Source of the DNA: Candidatus Harpocratesius repetitus
GTDB lineage: Archaea; Asgardarchaeota; Lokiarchaeia; Sigyniarchaeales; Promethearchaeaceae
Assembly: GCA_021498095.1 (NCBI GenBank)
Contig: JAIZWK010000001.1
Span: forward strand, 1,620,001-1,652,000
Direction of reading: 5' to 3'
DNA: 32,000 nucleotides
How positions within the stretch are numbered: the first letter of the stretch is position 1; the number at the start of each line of letters is the position of its first letter. Shown piece after piece: positions 17,839 to 28,490 of the stretch. The translations under genes and the position numbers were made by a program. The notes under the pieces are model-generated. The model ran no database searches and was not told the DNA's origin. It worked only from the letters and a program-made list of their open reading frames with translations.

Positions 17839-18651
17839 TTGTATAAAAAATATATGAAAATAGTATTTCATCCAGATTTTCTAAATGAAATCGATGATAC
17901 ACCTGCAGGAAAGATAGGTCGTCTCACACCAATGGTTGAGCATTTAAAAAAAATCTATCCGAATTCATTTATATTGCCCAAACCTGCAGACAGGGACGAT
18001 TTAGAACGTGCTCATTCAACTGCCCACATCGAACAGATAAAAATGCATTATTCACGTCTGTATCCAAATCTTTATTATGTTGCACGGCTGGCTGCGGGAG
18101 GTGCTATTGAATGTGCGCGCCAATCTATCAATGGTAATCCAAGTTTTGGCTTAATTAGACCTCCTGGTCATCATGCATCTGGAAATTCTTGTTGGGGTTT
18201 TTGCTATTTTTGTAACATGGCGATAGCGCTTCTATATTTGAAAGAGAAACATAAAAAAAAGCGAGCTTTTGTTCTGGATTTTGATCTTCATACAGGTGAT
18301 GGAAATATTAACATTTTGCGTGCTTATGGCCAAAAACATCATAAAGATCGGCGGGACTATGAGATTATTAATCCAGATGCTCGATCTGAGAGTGTTTATC
18401 TTGAAATTGTGCAAGAAGCTTTGGACAACGCACGTAAATGCGATTTGATTGCTGTATCGGCTGGATTCGATCAAGGTTTAAATGATTGGGGTGATTTATT
18501 ATCCGTCAAAGCTTATCATGAAATAGGATTGATGGTGAAGGAATTTTCGGAAGATCATTGTAACGGAATACGATTTGCACTATTAGAAGGAGGATATAAT
18601 CCAGATGCAATGGCACTAAACGCAGAAGGATTTTTAAGTGGTTTTTTTTAA
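17839..18651 (+). CDS. Zn-dependent histone deacetylase-superfamily protein
   Basis: RPPGHHA, GFCYF, LDFDLHTGDG, VSAGFD, LLEGGY. Confidence 0.92.
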   Translation: MYKKYMKIVFHPDFLNEIDDTPAGKIGRLTPMVEHLKKIYPNSFILPKPADRDDLERAHSTAHIEQIKMHYSRLYPNLYYVARLAAGGAIECARQSINGNPSFGLIRPPGHHASGNSCWGFCYFCNMAIALLYLKEKHKKKRAFVLDFDLHTGDGNINILRAYGQKHHKDRRDYEIINPDARSESVYLEIVQEALDNARKCDLIAVSAGFDQGLNDWGDLLSVKAYHEIGLMVKEFSEDHCNGIRFALLEGGYNPDAMALNAEGFLSGFF

Positions 18652-18653
18652 AA

Positions 18654-19244
18654 ATGAAAAGTGATAAGAAAATGCAAATTTTGGGAAATAATGAAGAAAA
18701 GTCAAATTCGATTAAATTCTTTAATTTTGATAAAAATAAATACAAAAATAATCAAGTCTTTCTTTTTGGGATCTCGCTTTTTATTTTTATAAGCATCTCT
18801 GAGTTTTTTTTTGTTAGTATGTCCGGCAACTTAACCTTTTTTTATGGTTTTGTGAGTATTTTTTGCCATTCTAATTATTATCGCAAATTATTTGGTGTTA
18901 TTATATCCCATTAGTCCATATATCGAAAAATCTGATATTATTACTGGTTTTTTACCTTCAATTTCTGGCGGAATTGGAGGTTTGATTAGTTTATGTCTTT
19001 ATGTTGATAAAGATATTAAAACACGAAAAAGCAAAGGAAAATCTTTATGGAAATTACGAAATGATTCAATTAAATTCATGGAAAAAATTTTTTGTATTTA
19101 GGAAGTATGAAAATTAATCCTGAGATAAGTACGATTATTTCTGTTAGCATTGCGATTTGTCTAATCTTATTTTGGCTATATATTATTATTTTTAGAACAA
19201 TGAAAAAAATCAAGCATTTTTATAAAAAAGCATCTATGATATAG
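18654..19244 (+). pseudogene. Small membrane-protein gene apparently split by frameshifts in A/T runs
   Basis: Hydrophobic segments continue across frames: ...FIFISISEFFFVS..., then VFFAILIIIANYLVLLYP...GGIGGLISLCLY, then ...ISVSIAICLILFWLYIIIFRTMKKIK ending at TAG 19242-19244. Confidence 0.45.
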
Positions 19245-19551
19245 CATATTTTTACTTTATTTCACAAGTCTAAATAATGAAATTTGCCTAAATCTTCTTA
19301 GAATTAAAAAAAATGCAATAGAATTATTTTTTCATTTATATTTTCAAATTTTCAAATAAATTATTCTTTGACGCATCATTTAGAAAAGGAAATAGTAGAA
19401 AATAAAGAAAATTGTTATAATCTTCCCATAAAAACCTTTAGAGTGGAAATATCAGAAATTTTATTTTTTTTGCTTCGTTATGATACTTAAAAAAATTTCT
19501 TTCACTAATTCTGAAAAAGGGTGAGAGAAGAAAAAAAAATGTGAAAACAAT

Positions 19552-22248
19552 ATGGCCGAAAAAATGGTTTATATGTTTGATGAAATTGATCCAAATCAAT
19601 TTGGGTCAACAGCCGAATTAAAGGAGTTTTTCGGCGGAAAAGGTGCAGGTTTAGCCAATATGACTGCACTTGGATTGCCAATTCCCTATGGATTTAATAT
19701 TCCATGCAAATTTAGTTTATACTATGCCGATCACAAGGAATGGCCGGAAGGATTAAAAGAACAAATAATTGAAAGTATTAAGAAATTAGAAAATAAAAGT
19801 GGATACATTTTTGGAGATATTCAAAAACCATTATTACTTTCGGTCCGTAGTGGAGCACCTATCAGTATGCCGGGTATGATGGATACTGTCTTAAATTTAG
19901 GCATGTCACAAGAAATTGCTGAACAAATGTCTAAATCTAACGAACGTTTTGCATGGGATTCATGGCGTCGTTTTATTATGTCATATTCTGATATTGTTAA
20001 AGGAACCGGTCGTGAACCTTATGATCTCATTATGGAAGATTACAAAGAGAAAAATGGAAAAAAACTCGATATTGAATTAGATGCATCAGAAATGCGGGAA
20101 TTAAGCGAGTTATATTTAGTTGAATATGAGAAATTAATTGGTGAAAAATTTCCCATGGATCCTTGGGTTCAATTATTTGGAGCTATTAATGCTGTATTTC
20201 AATCATGGGATAGCGAGCGGGCTGTGGCTTACCGAAAAATGAATAAAATTCCAAATTACGGAACTGCAGTAAATGTAATGCGAATGGTATTCGGAAATCA
20301 AAATGATAACTCTGGAACAGGAGTTCTTTTTACCCGATCTCCAATGGATGGAGAGAAAAAGGTTATGGGCGAATATTTAGTTAATGCTCAAGGTGAAGAT
20401 GTTGTTGCTGGTGTTAGAACTCCAATTAGTTTGGATGAATTGAAACAAGAACATCCTGAAATTGTTGCTCAAATTTATGAATTGGCTCATAAATTAGAAG
20501 ATCATTATAAAGATATGCAAGATTGCGAGTTTACTGTAGAAAATGGTAAGTTATACTTTTTACAAACACGCACTGGAAAGCGTACAGCTTCAGCAGCAGT
20601 AAAAATTGCAATTGATATGCTAGATGAAGGTTATATTGATGAAAAAACTGCTATTTTACGTGTTTTACCCTCAAAAATCGAAGAATTGCTTCACAAGCGT
20701 ATTTCCCCTAATGAACGAAAAGCTCCTTTAGTAAAAGGTTTTAATGCTTCACCTGGTGCTGTTTCTGGAAAAGCGATTTTTGATGTGCATCGAGCAATTG
20801 AAGCCAAAAAAGCTGGTGAAAAAATCATTTTAGTTCGTAAGGAAACTAAACCTGAAGATTTTCCTGGAATGGTAGCATCTGTTGGAATCTTAACTTCTCG
20901 AGGTGGGAAAACATGTCACGCTGCAGTTGTTGCTCGTGGAATTGGTCTTCCTGCTGTTGTTGGTGCTGGAGATCTGGAAATTGATGAAGAAGCTGGAATT
21001 GCCAAAGTGAGTGGTCAAATTTCTTTCAAAGAAGGAGATATTATTTCTATTGATGGTTTAAATGGTAATGTTTATGTAGGTGAAGTAGAAGTTGTGGATC
21101 CGGAAATAACTGGTGCTTTCCAACGATATTTAGATTTATGCGATAAATATCGAATTTTGGGTGTTCGTACAAATGCAGACACACCTCAAATGGCTACGGA
21201 TGCTGTGCGAAATGGTGCAGAAGGAATTGGGTTGTGCCGAACAGAGCGAATGTTTAATGCACAAGATCGTTTGCCAAAAGTCGTGAAAATGATTGTTGCT
21301 GAAGATTTAGAAGGGCGCGAAGAAGCCTTAAAGGAATTAGAGCCCTTGCAAAGTAGTGACTTTTATGAGATTTTCAAAGTGATGAATGGAAAACCAGTCA
21401 CAATTCGTTTACTCGATCCTCCTCTTCATGAATTTTTACCCGACTATAAAACAATGTTGGTTGAATTTACCGAATTACGTGTAAAAGGAGATAAAGGCGA
21501 ACGTTACAAAGAATTGGAGTTTATGATTCGAAAATATGAAGAATTGAAAGAAGAAAACGCTATGTTAGGGCACCGAGGTGTTCGATTAGGAAATACAAAT
21601 CCTGAAATTTACAAAATGCAAGTACGCGCCTTGATGACAGCATTAATCCAAGCTCAAAATGAAGGCATTGACGTTCATTTAGAAATAATGCTTCCCTTAG
21701 TTTCTCATGTAAATGAATTTATTCGATTGAAATCCATTTTAAAGCCCTTAGCTGAACAAATTATGACTGAAGCCAATTTCACTTCTAAAAATCCAATAAA
21801 ATGGGGAACTATGATTGAAATTCCTCGTGCAGCATTAACTGCTGAAGAAATTGCTAAGGAAGCAGAATTCTTCTCTTTTGGTACCAATGATTTAACTCAA
21901 ATGACCTTTGGATTCAGCAGAGATGATGTGGAAGCTAAATTTTTGCAGAAATATATTGATGAAATTAACCCTCCCATCATGAAAGAAAATCCATTTGAGC
22001 ATATTGATGTGAAAGGTGTTGGAAAACTCGTGAAAATGTGCGTAGAAGATGGAAGAAGAGGCAGAGCTGAATCTCACAACGGCGAACATTTAAAAGTTGG
22101 AATATGTGGTGAAGTCGGAGGCGATCCAGATACAATTATGTTCCTCCAGACTGTTGATTTGGATTATGTTAGCTGCAGTCCATTCCGTGTTCCTGTGGCT
22201 CGAGTTGCTGCCGCACATGCAGCAATTAAATACCAGAAAGAAGAATAA
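19552..22248 (+). CDS. ppdK: Pyruvate, phosphate dikinase
   Basis: GGKGAGL, SVRSGA..SMPGMMDT, LVNAQGEDVVAG, phosphocarrier GGKTCHAAVVARG, GLCRTE, SFGTNDLTQ, ICGE.GGDP, CSPFRVP. Confidence 0.98.
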   Translation: MAEKMVYMFDEIDPNQFGSTAELKEFFGGKGAGLANMTALGLPIPYGFNIPCKFSLYYADHKEWPEGLKEQIIESIKKLENKSGYIFGDIQKPLLLSVRSGAPISMPGMMDTVLNLGMSQEIAEQMSKSNERFAWDSWRRFIMSYSDIVKGTGREPYDLIMEDYKEKNGKKLDIELDASEMRELSELYLVEYEKLIGEKFPMDPWVQLFGAINAVFQSWDSERAVAYRKMNKIPNYGTAVNVMRMVFGNQNDNSGTGVLFTRSPMDGEKKVMGEYLVNAQGEDVVAGVRTPISLDELKQEHPEIVAQIYELAHKLEDHYKDMQDCEFTVENGKLYFLQTRTGKRTASAAVKIAIDMLDEGYIDEKTAILRVLPSKIEELLHKRISPNERKAPLVKGFNASPGAVSGKAIFDVHRAIEAKKAGEKIILVRKETKPEDFPGMVASVGILTSRGGKTCHAAVVARGIGLPAVVGAGDLEIDEEAGIAKVSGQISFKEGDIISIDGLNGNVYVGEVEVVDPEITGAFQRYLDLCDKYRILGVRTNADTPQMATDAVRNGAEGIGLCRTERMFNAQDRLPKVVKMIVAEDLEGREEALKELEPLQSSDFYEIFKVMNGKPVTIRLLDPPLHEFLPDYKTMLVEFTELRVKGDKGERYKELEFMIRKYEELKEENAMLGHRGVRLGNTNPEIYKMQVRALMTALIQAQNEGIDVHLEIMLPLVSHVNEFIRLKSILKPLAEQIMTEANFTSKNPIKWGTMIEIPRAALTAEEIAKEAEFFSFGTNDLTQMTFGFSRDDVEAKFLQKYIDEINPPIMKENPFEHIDVKGVGKLVKMCVEDGRRGRAESHNGEHLKVGICGEVGGDPDTIMFLQTVDLDYVSCSPFRVPVARVAAAHAAIKYQKEE

Positions 22249-22436
22249 TATTAAAAAGGAATACAAAGTCATTCGGTTTATTTTTCTTTATCTTTTTTTA
22301 TTTTTAATTTTGCTCTGTTTACTTTTTAGAATAGTATGGTTAGATTGTAAAATTTAGTCTTTTTGAATATCTGATTGATATTTTTAATAATTAGACTGAA
22401 GTTCAGCGAATAATTGATTACAAGAATTTAATAATA

Positions 22437-22790
22437 CTAATCTTTAAACCTTTTATAATAGGCGTCGTCAGATGGAATAAAGCGCTGAGTCCGAGTTTCC
22501 AAGTATTTTCTGTAAAGCACTTGCATTTCCTCATAAATTTGTCCATATGGAGGCATAGAATTTAAAGGATCGAGCAGATAGAAATAAATCGTCATCTTAT
22601 ACAATAAATCATAAAGTTCCCCAATTTGTTCGTATTCAGTTATAGTGCTTTTTATCGCAGAACAGTATTCAAGGTTATAATCTTGCCGAATTAATCTGTA
22701 GACAATCAAGAATCGAAATAGTTTTGAAGGGAAAGGAGAAAATATATTTGATAAAATATGTTTTCTATTACGAGGTCGGAGAATCCACAA
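22437..22790 (-). CDS. Hypothetical helical protein, 5' end overlapping the IS remnant (possibly truncated)
   Basis: 117-aa ORF whose first codons lie inside the transposase-like DNA. No family recognised. Confidence 0.45.
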   Translation of the reverse strand: MWILRPRNRKHILSNIFSPFPSKLFRFLIVYRLIRQDYNLEYCSAIKSTITEYEQIGELYDLLYKMTIYFYLLDPLNSMPPYGQIYEEMQVLYRKYLETRTQRFIPSDDAYYKRFKD

Positions 22791-23873
22791 CCGTTCACCC
22801 CAACTTTTCCTATAAATCTACTTCTCCGTGGAAAAATTAAATCTTATGTTAAAAAGTTAGTGGGTTCATCGGAAATCGCTCAGAAATTTCGGCCAAGATT
22901 GTACACCTATTATGATTTCATCTTGGTAAAGTCATACGCCTTAGCTAGGAAGAAATCAATTAATTATACTTTAGAATATCTTAACAAATTATTTTCTAAC
23001 CATTATTGAAAAAGATTTAATCTTAAATTGAAGAATTTTAGCGATGGAACTTGTAAAAGACGTTTAGTCCAACATCAGACGGATGTTGATAAATTTTTTA
23101 TCCGTATTATGGAAAACTTAGAGCACCTTTTGAGGTTGAAACTCATAAGCAACCAAGAACTCGTAAAGCTCGTTTGTTTCAAGGCATAGCAATTCAAGGA
23201 TGTGGTATGATATTGTTTTCAGAATTTCGTTTCCTTCGTTATAAACAATATAGCACAAAGTATTTCGGACTTTCCGCAATGTGACTCAAATTTCAAGGAT
23301 TTAACCTTAGTTATGTGCTAAGAGATCGCGAATTTTACCGTGCTTCGCTTAATAAAGAATTAAAAGATCAGAAACACCCAGTCTTAATTCCTGCTAAGAA
23401 ATTCCCAAGAATTAAGAAGCATTTCGAGGAATTTTTGCATGGCAAAGGAGATTATGTGAAAAATATTTATTCACACAGACTCCAAAAACTAAACCTTGGC
23501 CTGGCTCCGTTTATGTGCACCTAGTGTTAGCCACACATCGAAGTAAATCAACCTTGCAGGTTTGTGAGCAATTCCGCAGAAAAAATCTTGCGCTTGATGA
23601 AGCGGTTGACGAAATTGAAGAGTTTTTTATTACTCTTAATCCTTGAAAGAATTTAGCCCGATGGGGTCGTTGGCTTTCAAGAACTTATAAAAAACGATGG
23701 TTTGAAGAGACTAGATTCATCATGATGATGAATGCTTAGGGATACGGTAACGTAAGGGATTTTCAAGGCGCTAGCCACGTGCGGAGAAACTCGCTCGCAT
23801 GGTTCCAAAAAGAGGGGGGTGTTGTAAAACATCCTCCTTATTTAACTAGAAAAAAAGGATGTCAAGTTAGCTG
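22770..23873 (+). mobile_element. Decayed IS4/ISH3-like element (transposase pseudogene)
   Basis: Fragments across stops and frameshifts: YDFILVKSYALARKKSI, RRLVQHQTDVDKF, VLRDREFYRA...PVLIPAKKF and YKKRWFEET (Y-x2-R-W-x2-E). The right end may be ...GTCAAGTTAGCTG at 23873. No matching left IR found, so the left boundary is approximate. Confidence 0.7.
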
Positions 23874-23885
23874 TTTTTCATTCGA

Positions 23886-24260
23886 TTAATCATTCTTCGC
23901 TTCTTTTATTGCCTTTGTAGCTTTAATGTGGAGTTTATGCTCTTTGATAAAATCTCTCACAATTTCTTTGTCAGGAAACGAAATCGCGTCATAAATACAC
24001 CAAACATTACAAGATGTGCATCCTACCATGCATTGTAATGGTCGTGTGACTTCTGCTTTGTGCTTTCTATAGTTATATCCAAATACCGAGCGACCACAGC
24101 TAGTAACGCACATCCCACATCCAACACATTTATTTTCGTCAATAATGGGGTGCCATTCAATTAATGTTCGATCTACTCCTTTCCATTTAGCAAATTTTTC
24201 TGGTAATTCTTCAATGCTTTTTTGATTTGAAGTCGAATTTGAAGTACTTGTCATATTCAT
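23886..24260 (-). CDS. 2x[4Fe-4S] ferredoxin-like protein
   Basis: CVGCGMCVTSC and CMVGCTSCNVWC...AISFP. Confidence 0.88.
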   Translation of the reverse strand: MNMTSTSNSTSNQKSIEELPEKFAKWKGVDRTLIEWHPIIDENKCVGCGMCVTSCGRSVFGYNYRKHKAEVTRPLQCMVGCTSCNVWCIYDAISFPDKEIVRDFIKEHKLHIKATKAIKEAKND

Positions 24261-25307
24261 ACACCGGAAATCAGATTAATTCCTAAGATAAAAAAAGACA
24301 CAAACATTTTAAATATTTTCAAAATAATTCAATCATTTTCAAATCATAATTAGAAAGTAACTAGCAAAAATTATTTCAAATAAGAAAAAGGTGCTTAACG
24401 ATAAAATTGAGAGGATTCAAAGCATAATTCCACCCAACCGAGATAATATCAACACAATTGAATCAATTTTCGGTAGATATCGACTTTTTTTTAGAAATAT
24501 CGAAGGATGAAAATCAATAAATACTCTAAAGCTATATTTTAAATACTACAATTGCAGCATAACCTTTCTTCACCTAACACCTGCCCAAATCAAGATAAAT
24601 CTCATATAAATAGGGTCGGAATCAAATCTAAATATATTAATTCTATAGATCGATTATATGGAACGATTTCGTAATTTCAAGAATTTAATTTAGTAATCGT
24701 TTCCTTCTTAAATACAAAATTCTAAATTAAATTTGAGCCAATAAATTGACAATATTTGTAGAATCTTTGAATCAATGAAATGAAATCCATGTAAAAATAT
24801 CAAATTCTTGCTAAAAGATTAAAAAAAGAAAAATTTTTTATTGATAAAGATCCCCTAATTTAAATTGAGGATATTTTATCTTTTATAATTTAGGCGCTTT
24901 TTTGAATATCATTTAAATATATCCGACTTAAATCTGAAATATCGCAAATCTTTTTTTGTCGAACTCGATTTTTTCAAAGAATTTGTTAAAAATTTACCAT
25001 CCTGTTTATAAATTCTTCAATCTGATGTCGTTTTTATTAGAATTATTGATTTTCATACCTTGAATTTGGTACGTCGATAAAATCGACAAAAAATAAGGAA
25101 GGATATTTTGGATTTAAGTTGTAAGAATTAAGATGATGAAATGAAAAACTTCGAATCTTTGAAATTTAAAATACCCTCAATTAATTTTTTTAATTTTTTC
25201 TTGAGTAAACGTGTAATAATAGATAATCTTGATAATTTGATGATTAACTTATTAAGTGAAAAGTAATTCAACAGAAAATTTTTGTAAGATCCAACTAATT
25301 TCAATTC

Positions 25308-26450
25308 ATGCAAAAATCTAATGTGCAAGATCCTACTAAACTATCTATAGATGAACGCTTAGCTCTATTAATTTCTGTCGGAAAAGGTGGCGAAATTGTC
25401 GAAGATGAAGGACAATTACGGTGGTTGTTAGAACATCGAGAACCCTATGAGATTATTGCCTACGATGGATTTGAACCATCAGGGAAAATTCACATTGCAC
25501 AAGGTCTTCTCCGAGCTATCAATATTAATAAATTTACTTCAGCAGGTGTGAAATTCGTTATGTTTGTAGCAGATTGGCATGCCGCTGCGAATCAGAAATT
25601 TGGTGGTAATTTAGATGTAATAAAGAAAGTAGGTGATTATTTTGTTGAAGTATGGAAAGCTTGTGGAATTGACCTAACTCATGTTGAATTTATATATGCG
25701 AGTGATTTAGTTAAGGATCCAAAATATTGGGAGTTAGTTTTAAAGATATCAATGAATGCCAGTTTGAATAGGGTTTTACGATGTACACAAATTATGGGCC
25801 GAAATTCAACAGATGCTCTCCAATCTTCTCAAATTTTATATCCATTAATGCAATGTGCAGATATTTTTACATTAAAAGCAGATATATGTCAACTGGGATT
25901 AGATCAACGTAAAGTGAATATGTTGGCAAGAGAAGTGGCAAAAACGTTGGGATTTCATAAACCTGCTGCAATTCACCATCATATGTTAATGGGTTTAGGA
26001 AAACCTCCAGAAAATGACTTGGATGAAGTAGATAAGAAAATCGCCCGTAAAATGAGTAAATCTGATCCTAATAGTGCAATTTTCATGTTAGACACTCGTA
26101 AACAAATACAAAAGAAAATCGGAAAAGCATGGTGCCCACCAAAAGAAATTAAAGAAAATCCTGTGTTGGAATATTGTCAGTATATTATTTTCGAACGTTT
26201 TGATACATTTGAAGTAAAACGACCGGAAAAATATGGTGGAAATATCTCTTTTTTATCCTATAAAGAGTTAGAAAATGCTTATCATCAAGGAATTTTAAGT
26301 CCTATTGATCTTAAGAATACAGTGGTCGAATATTTAGATAAGCTGATTAAACCAGTTCGAGGATACTTCGAAACAAATCTTGAGGCAAAGCAATTGGCTG
26401 AATTTGTTCAAAAAGAAATGGAAAAACAAGCCAGAAAAGGCAAAAAATAA
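25308..26450 (+). CDS. tyrS: Tyrosyl-tRNA synthetase (archaeal/eukaryotic type)
   Basis: YDGFEPSG.IHIAQG, ADWHA, YPLMQCAD, QLGLDQRK, KMSKS. Confidence 0.96.
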   Translation: MQKSNVQDPTKLSIDERLALLISVGKGGEIVEDEGQLRWLLEHREPYEIIAYDGFEPSGKIHIAQGLLRAININKFTSAGVKFVMFVADWHAAANQKFGGNLDVIKKVGDYFVEVWKACGIDLTHVEFIYASDLVKDPKYWELVLKISMNASLNRVLRCTQIMGRNSTDALQSSQILYPLMQCADIFTLKADICQLGLDQRKVNMLAREVAKTLGFHKPAAIHHHMLMGLGKPPENDLDEVDKKIARKMSKSDPNSAIFMLDTRKQIQKKIGKAWCPPKEIKENPVLEYCQYIIFERFDTFEVKRPEKYGGNISFLSYKELENAYHQGILSPIDLKNTVVEYLDKLIKPVRGYFETNLEAKQLAEFVQKEMEKQARKGKK

Positions 26451-26513
26451 AAAAACCCCTTTTTACTTTTCAATCAAAAATAAAACTTCTTAATTTTTTC
26501 TCATATTGCTGAA

Positions 26514-26687
26514 TTAAATTAAACTTGGATATAATGTATGTTCAATCATTCGAGCAATATCTGGATTATCTTCTGGATCAGTGATAAATCCATCTAAATG
26601 TCCTTCATAGTCGATCATAAGGACATCTGCTTCGGTATTATAAAATTTAAACACATTTCTTACTTTATATTCGCTAGTTTTTGACAT
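26514..26687 (-). CDS. Small acidic hypothetical protein (57 aa), absent from the ORF track
   Basis: MSKTSEYKVRNVFKFYNTEADVLMIDYEGHLDGFITDPEDNPDIARMIEHTLYPSLI*. Fills the tyrS-acdA gap cleanly with host-like codons. Confidence 0.65.
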   Translation of the reverse strand: MSKTSEYKVRNVFKFYNTEADVLMIDYEGHLDGFITDPEDNPDIARMIEHTLYPSLI

Positions 26688-26903
26688 TGTTTCACACTAC
26701 CAATTATTTATTTATATAAATAACTCTTTGAAAAAAAATATTTAAAGATTTTACAACCATTACGAGGATTAGATGTCGGAAGTTTCTAATTTCTGTAAAA
26801 TATCGAGAACATAGAAAGAATGGGGGATTCTCAATTTCTTTTTTAAAAAATTTTGAAATAATGAAAACAAGAGTTTTTATTGGATCAGAATCGATAACGA
26901 ATC

Positions 26904-28415
26904 ATGGTAAATGGCGATATCTCCTCACATTTCTTACACAATTTTGTAAATCCAAAATCTATCGCAATTTTCGGTGCCAATGAAAAAATTCCCGAAAATA
27001 TGGGTGCTTTTCAATTATTAACCCTAATTGATAATGGATATTCTGGTAAAATTTACCCAATTCATCCAAAATTATCTTCCGTCTTTGGTAAAAACGCATA
27101 TCGTTCAGTAAAAGAAGTTCCTGGTAAAATTGATCTAGCAGAAGTTATCTTATCAAAACAACATGTTCCGCAAATTTTGAAGGATTTAGGAGAACATGAT
27201 TGTCATCATGTGATTATTGTTTCTGCAGGATTTCGGGAGCAAAATAACCTTCAAGGTCGAGAAGAGATTTTAGCTATTGCAAAGAAATATGATATGCATA
27301 TCTTGGGTCCAAATTGTATCGGAATTCTAAATACACATTGCCATTTTTCTAATGATCCCCAAGAAACCTGTATTTTGAATACAACTGTGCAATCATATAA
27401 TCAAAAACCGGGTAATGTTAGTATAATCAGTCAAAGTGGGACATTTGTTTCGCATATTTTTATGTTACTTGAAGAACGTGATCTACATTTATCAAAAACC
27501 TTTTCTGTGGGTAACGAAGCAGATATTGATATTTGTGATTGCTTAAGTTATTTGGGGGAGGATCCAGAAACGGATGTAATTATGATATATATTGAAGAAA
27601 TAAAAAGGGGACGTTTGTTTTTTAATTTAGCACGGAAGATCTCTCTTAAGAAGCCTATTGTTTGTCTCTATGTTGGGGGAAGTGAAGGTGGTGCGAAAGC
27701 AGCTATGTCCCATACAGGTTCTATTGGAGGTAATGATGCTGTATTTAGTGGAATGATAAAGCAAACTGGGATTATTAGAGTAAGTTCATTAGAAGAATTT
27801 GTTGATACTGCTATGATCTTTGCAAAATTGCTTCCTCAAAATGTTTTACCAAAAGGAAAACGAATTGCAGTAGTTACAAATTCAGGAGGACCTGGAGCAA
27901 CAATGGCTGATAGGTGTTCTAGAATTGGGTTGGAAATTCCTGATTTTTCTCCAGAGTTACAAGCAAAAATTAAGAGATATATGCCTCCAACAGCACAAAT
28001 TACTAATCCCCTTGATTATACTTTCTCTTTAAACCCTGTTTTTTTTTATCAATCGGTTCCTAAAATAATAGCAAAATCTAAAGAAGTTGATGCCATGCTT
28101 GTTTATGGTGCTCTCGGAGGGTCTTTCTTTCGTTATAGAGGTGTGGGGGCTGATGTACTTCAATCTCCTAATAATGAGAAAAAAATGAAAGATTGGCTTT
28201 CTTTAAGTCGTGAAAGCATTAAATCTGCAAAAAGAATAATGAAGAAATATTCATTTCCAATAATTAATGTCAATTTCCTTGGAATTAAGGAGCCGATCTT
28301 TCAATTCTTAAATTCTATTGGCTTTCCTTCCTTTAAAATGCCTCATCAAGCTGTTTTATCTCTGAATAATATGATCCAATATAATATTTGGATTTCTAAT
28401 CATAAAAACAAATAA
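26904..28415 (+). CDS. acdA: Acetate/acyl-CoA ligase (ADP-forming) alpha subunit
   Basis: PKSIAIFGA, IVSAGF.E, GPNCIG, ISQSG, SVGNEAD, SHTGS (phospho-His), TNSGGPG, NPLD. Confidence 0.92.
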   Translation: MVNGDISSHFLHNFVNPKSIAIFGANEKIPENMGAFQLLTLIDNGYSGKIYPIHPKLSSVFGKNAYRSVKEVPGKIDLAEVILSKQHVPQILKDLGEHDCHHVIIVSAGFREQNNLQGREEILAIAKKYDMHILGPNCIGILNTHCHFSNDPQETCILNTTVQSYNQKPGNVSIISQSGTFVSHIFMLLEERDLHLSKTFSVGNEADIDICDCLSYLGEDPETDVIMIYIEEIKRGRLFFNLARKISLKKPIVCLYVGGSEGGAKAAMSHTGSIGGNDAVFSGMIKQTGIIRVSSLEEFVDTAMIFAKLLPQNVLPKGKRIAVVTNSGGPGATMADRCSRIGLEIPDFSPELQAKIKRYMPPTAQITNPLDYTFSLNPVFFYQSVPKIIAKSKEVDAMLVYGALGGSFFRYRGVGADVLQSPNNEKKMKDWLSLSRESIKSAKRIMKKYSFPIINVNFLGIKEPIFQFLNSIGFPSFKMPHQAVLSLNNMIQYNIWISNHKNK

Positions 28416-28490
28416 AAAACAATAATTTATTGATAAAAGGAATATAAAAAGAGTTATAATAATAATAATGAGAAGAAGAAGAACAAAAGA

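Noticed and set aside
23007-23009. In-frame TGA as selenocysteine
   Set aside because: It lies in a transposase relic with many other lesions. A TGG-to-TGA mutation is simpler, and there is no redox motif.
24261-25307. Genes in the 1-kb AT-rich gap, including track ORF 25128-25328
   Set aside because: Only short stop-interrupted hydrophobic scraps. No recognisable family or RNA structure.
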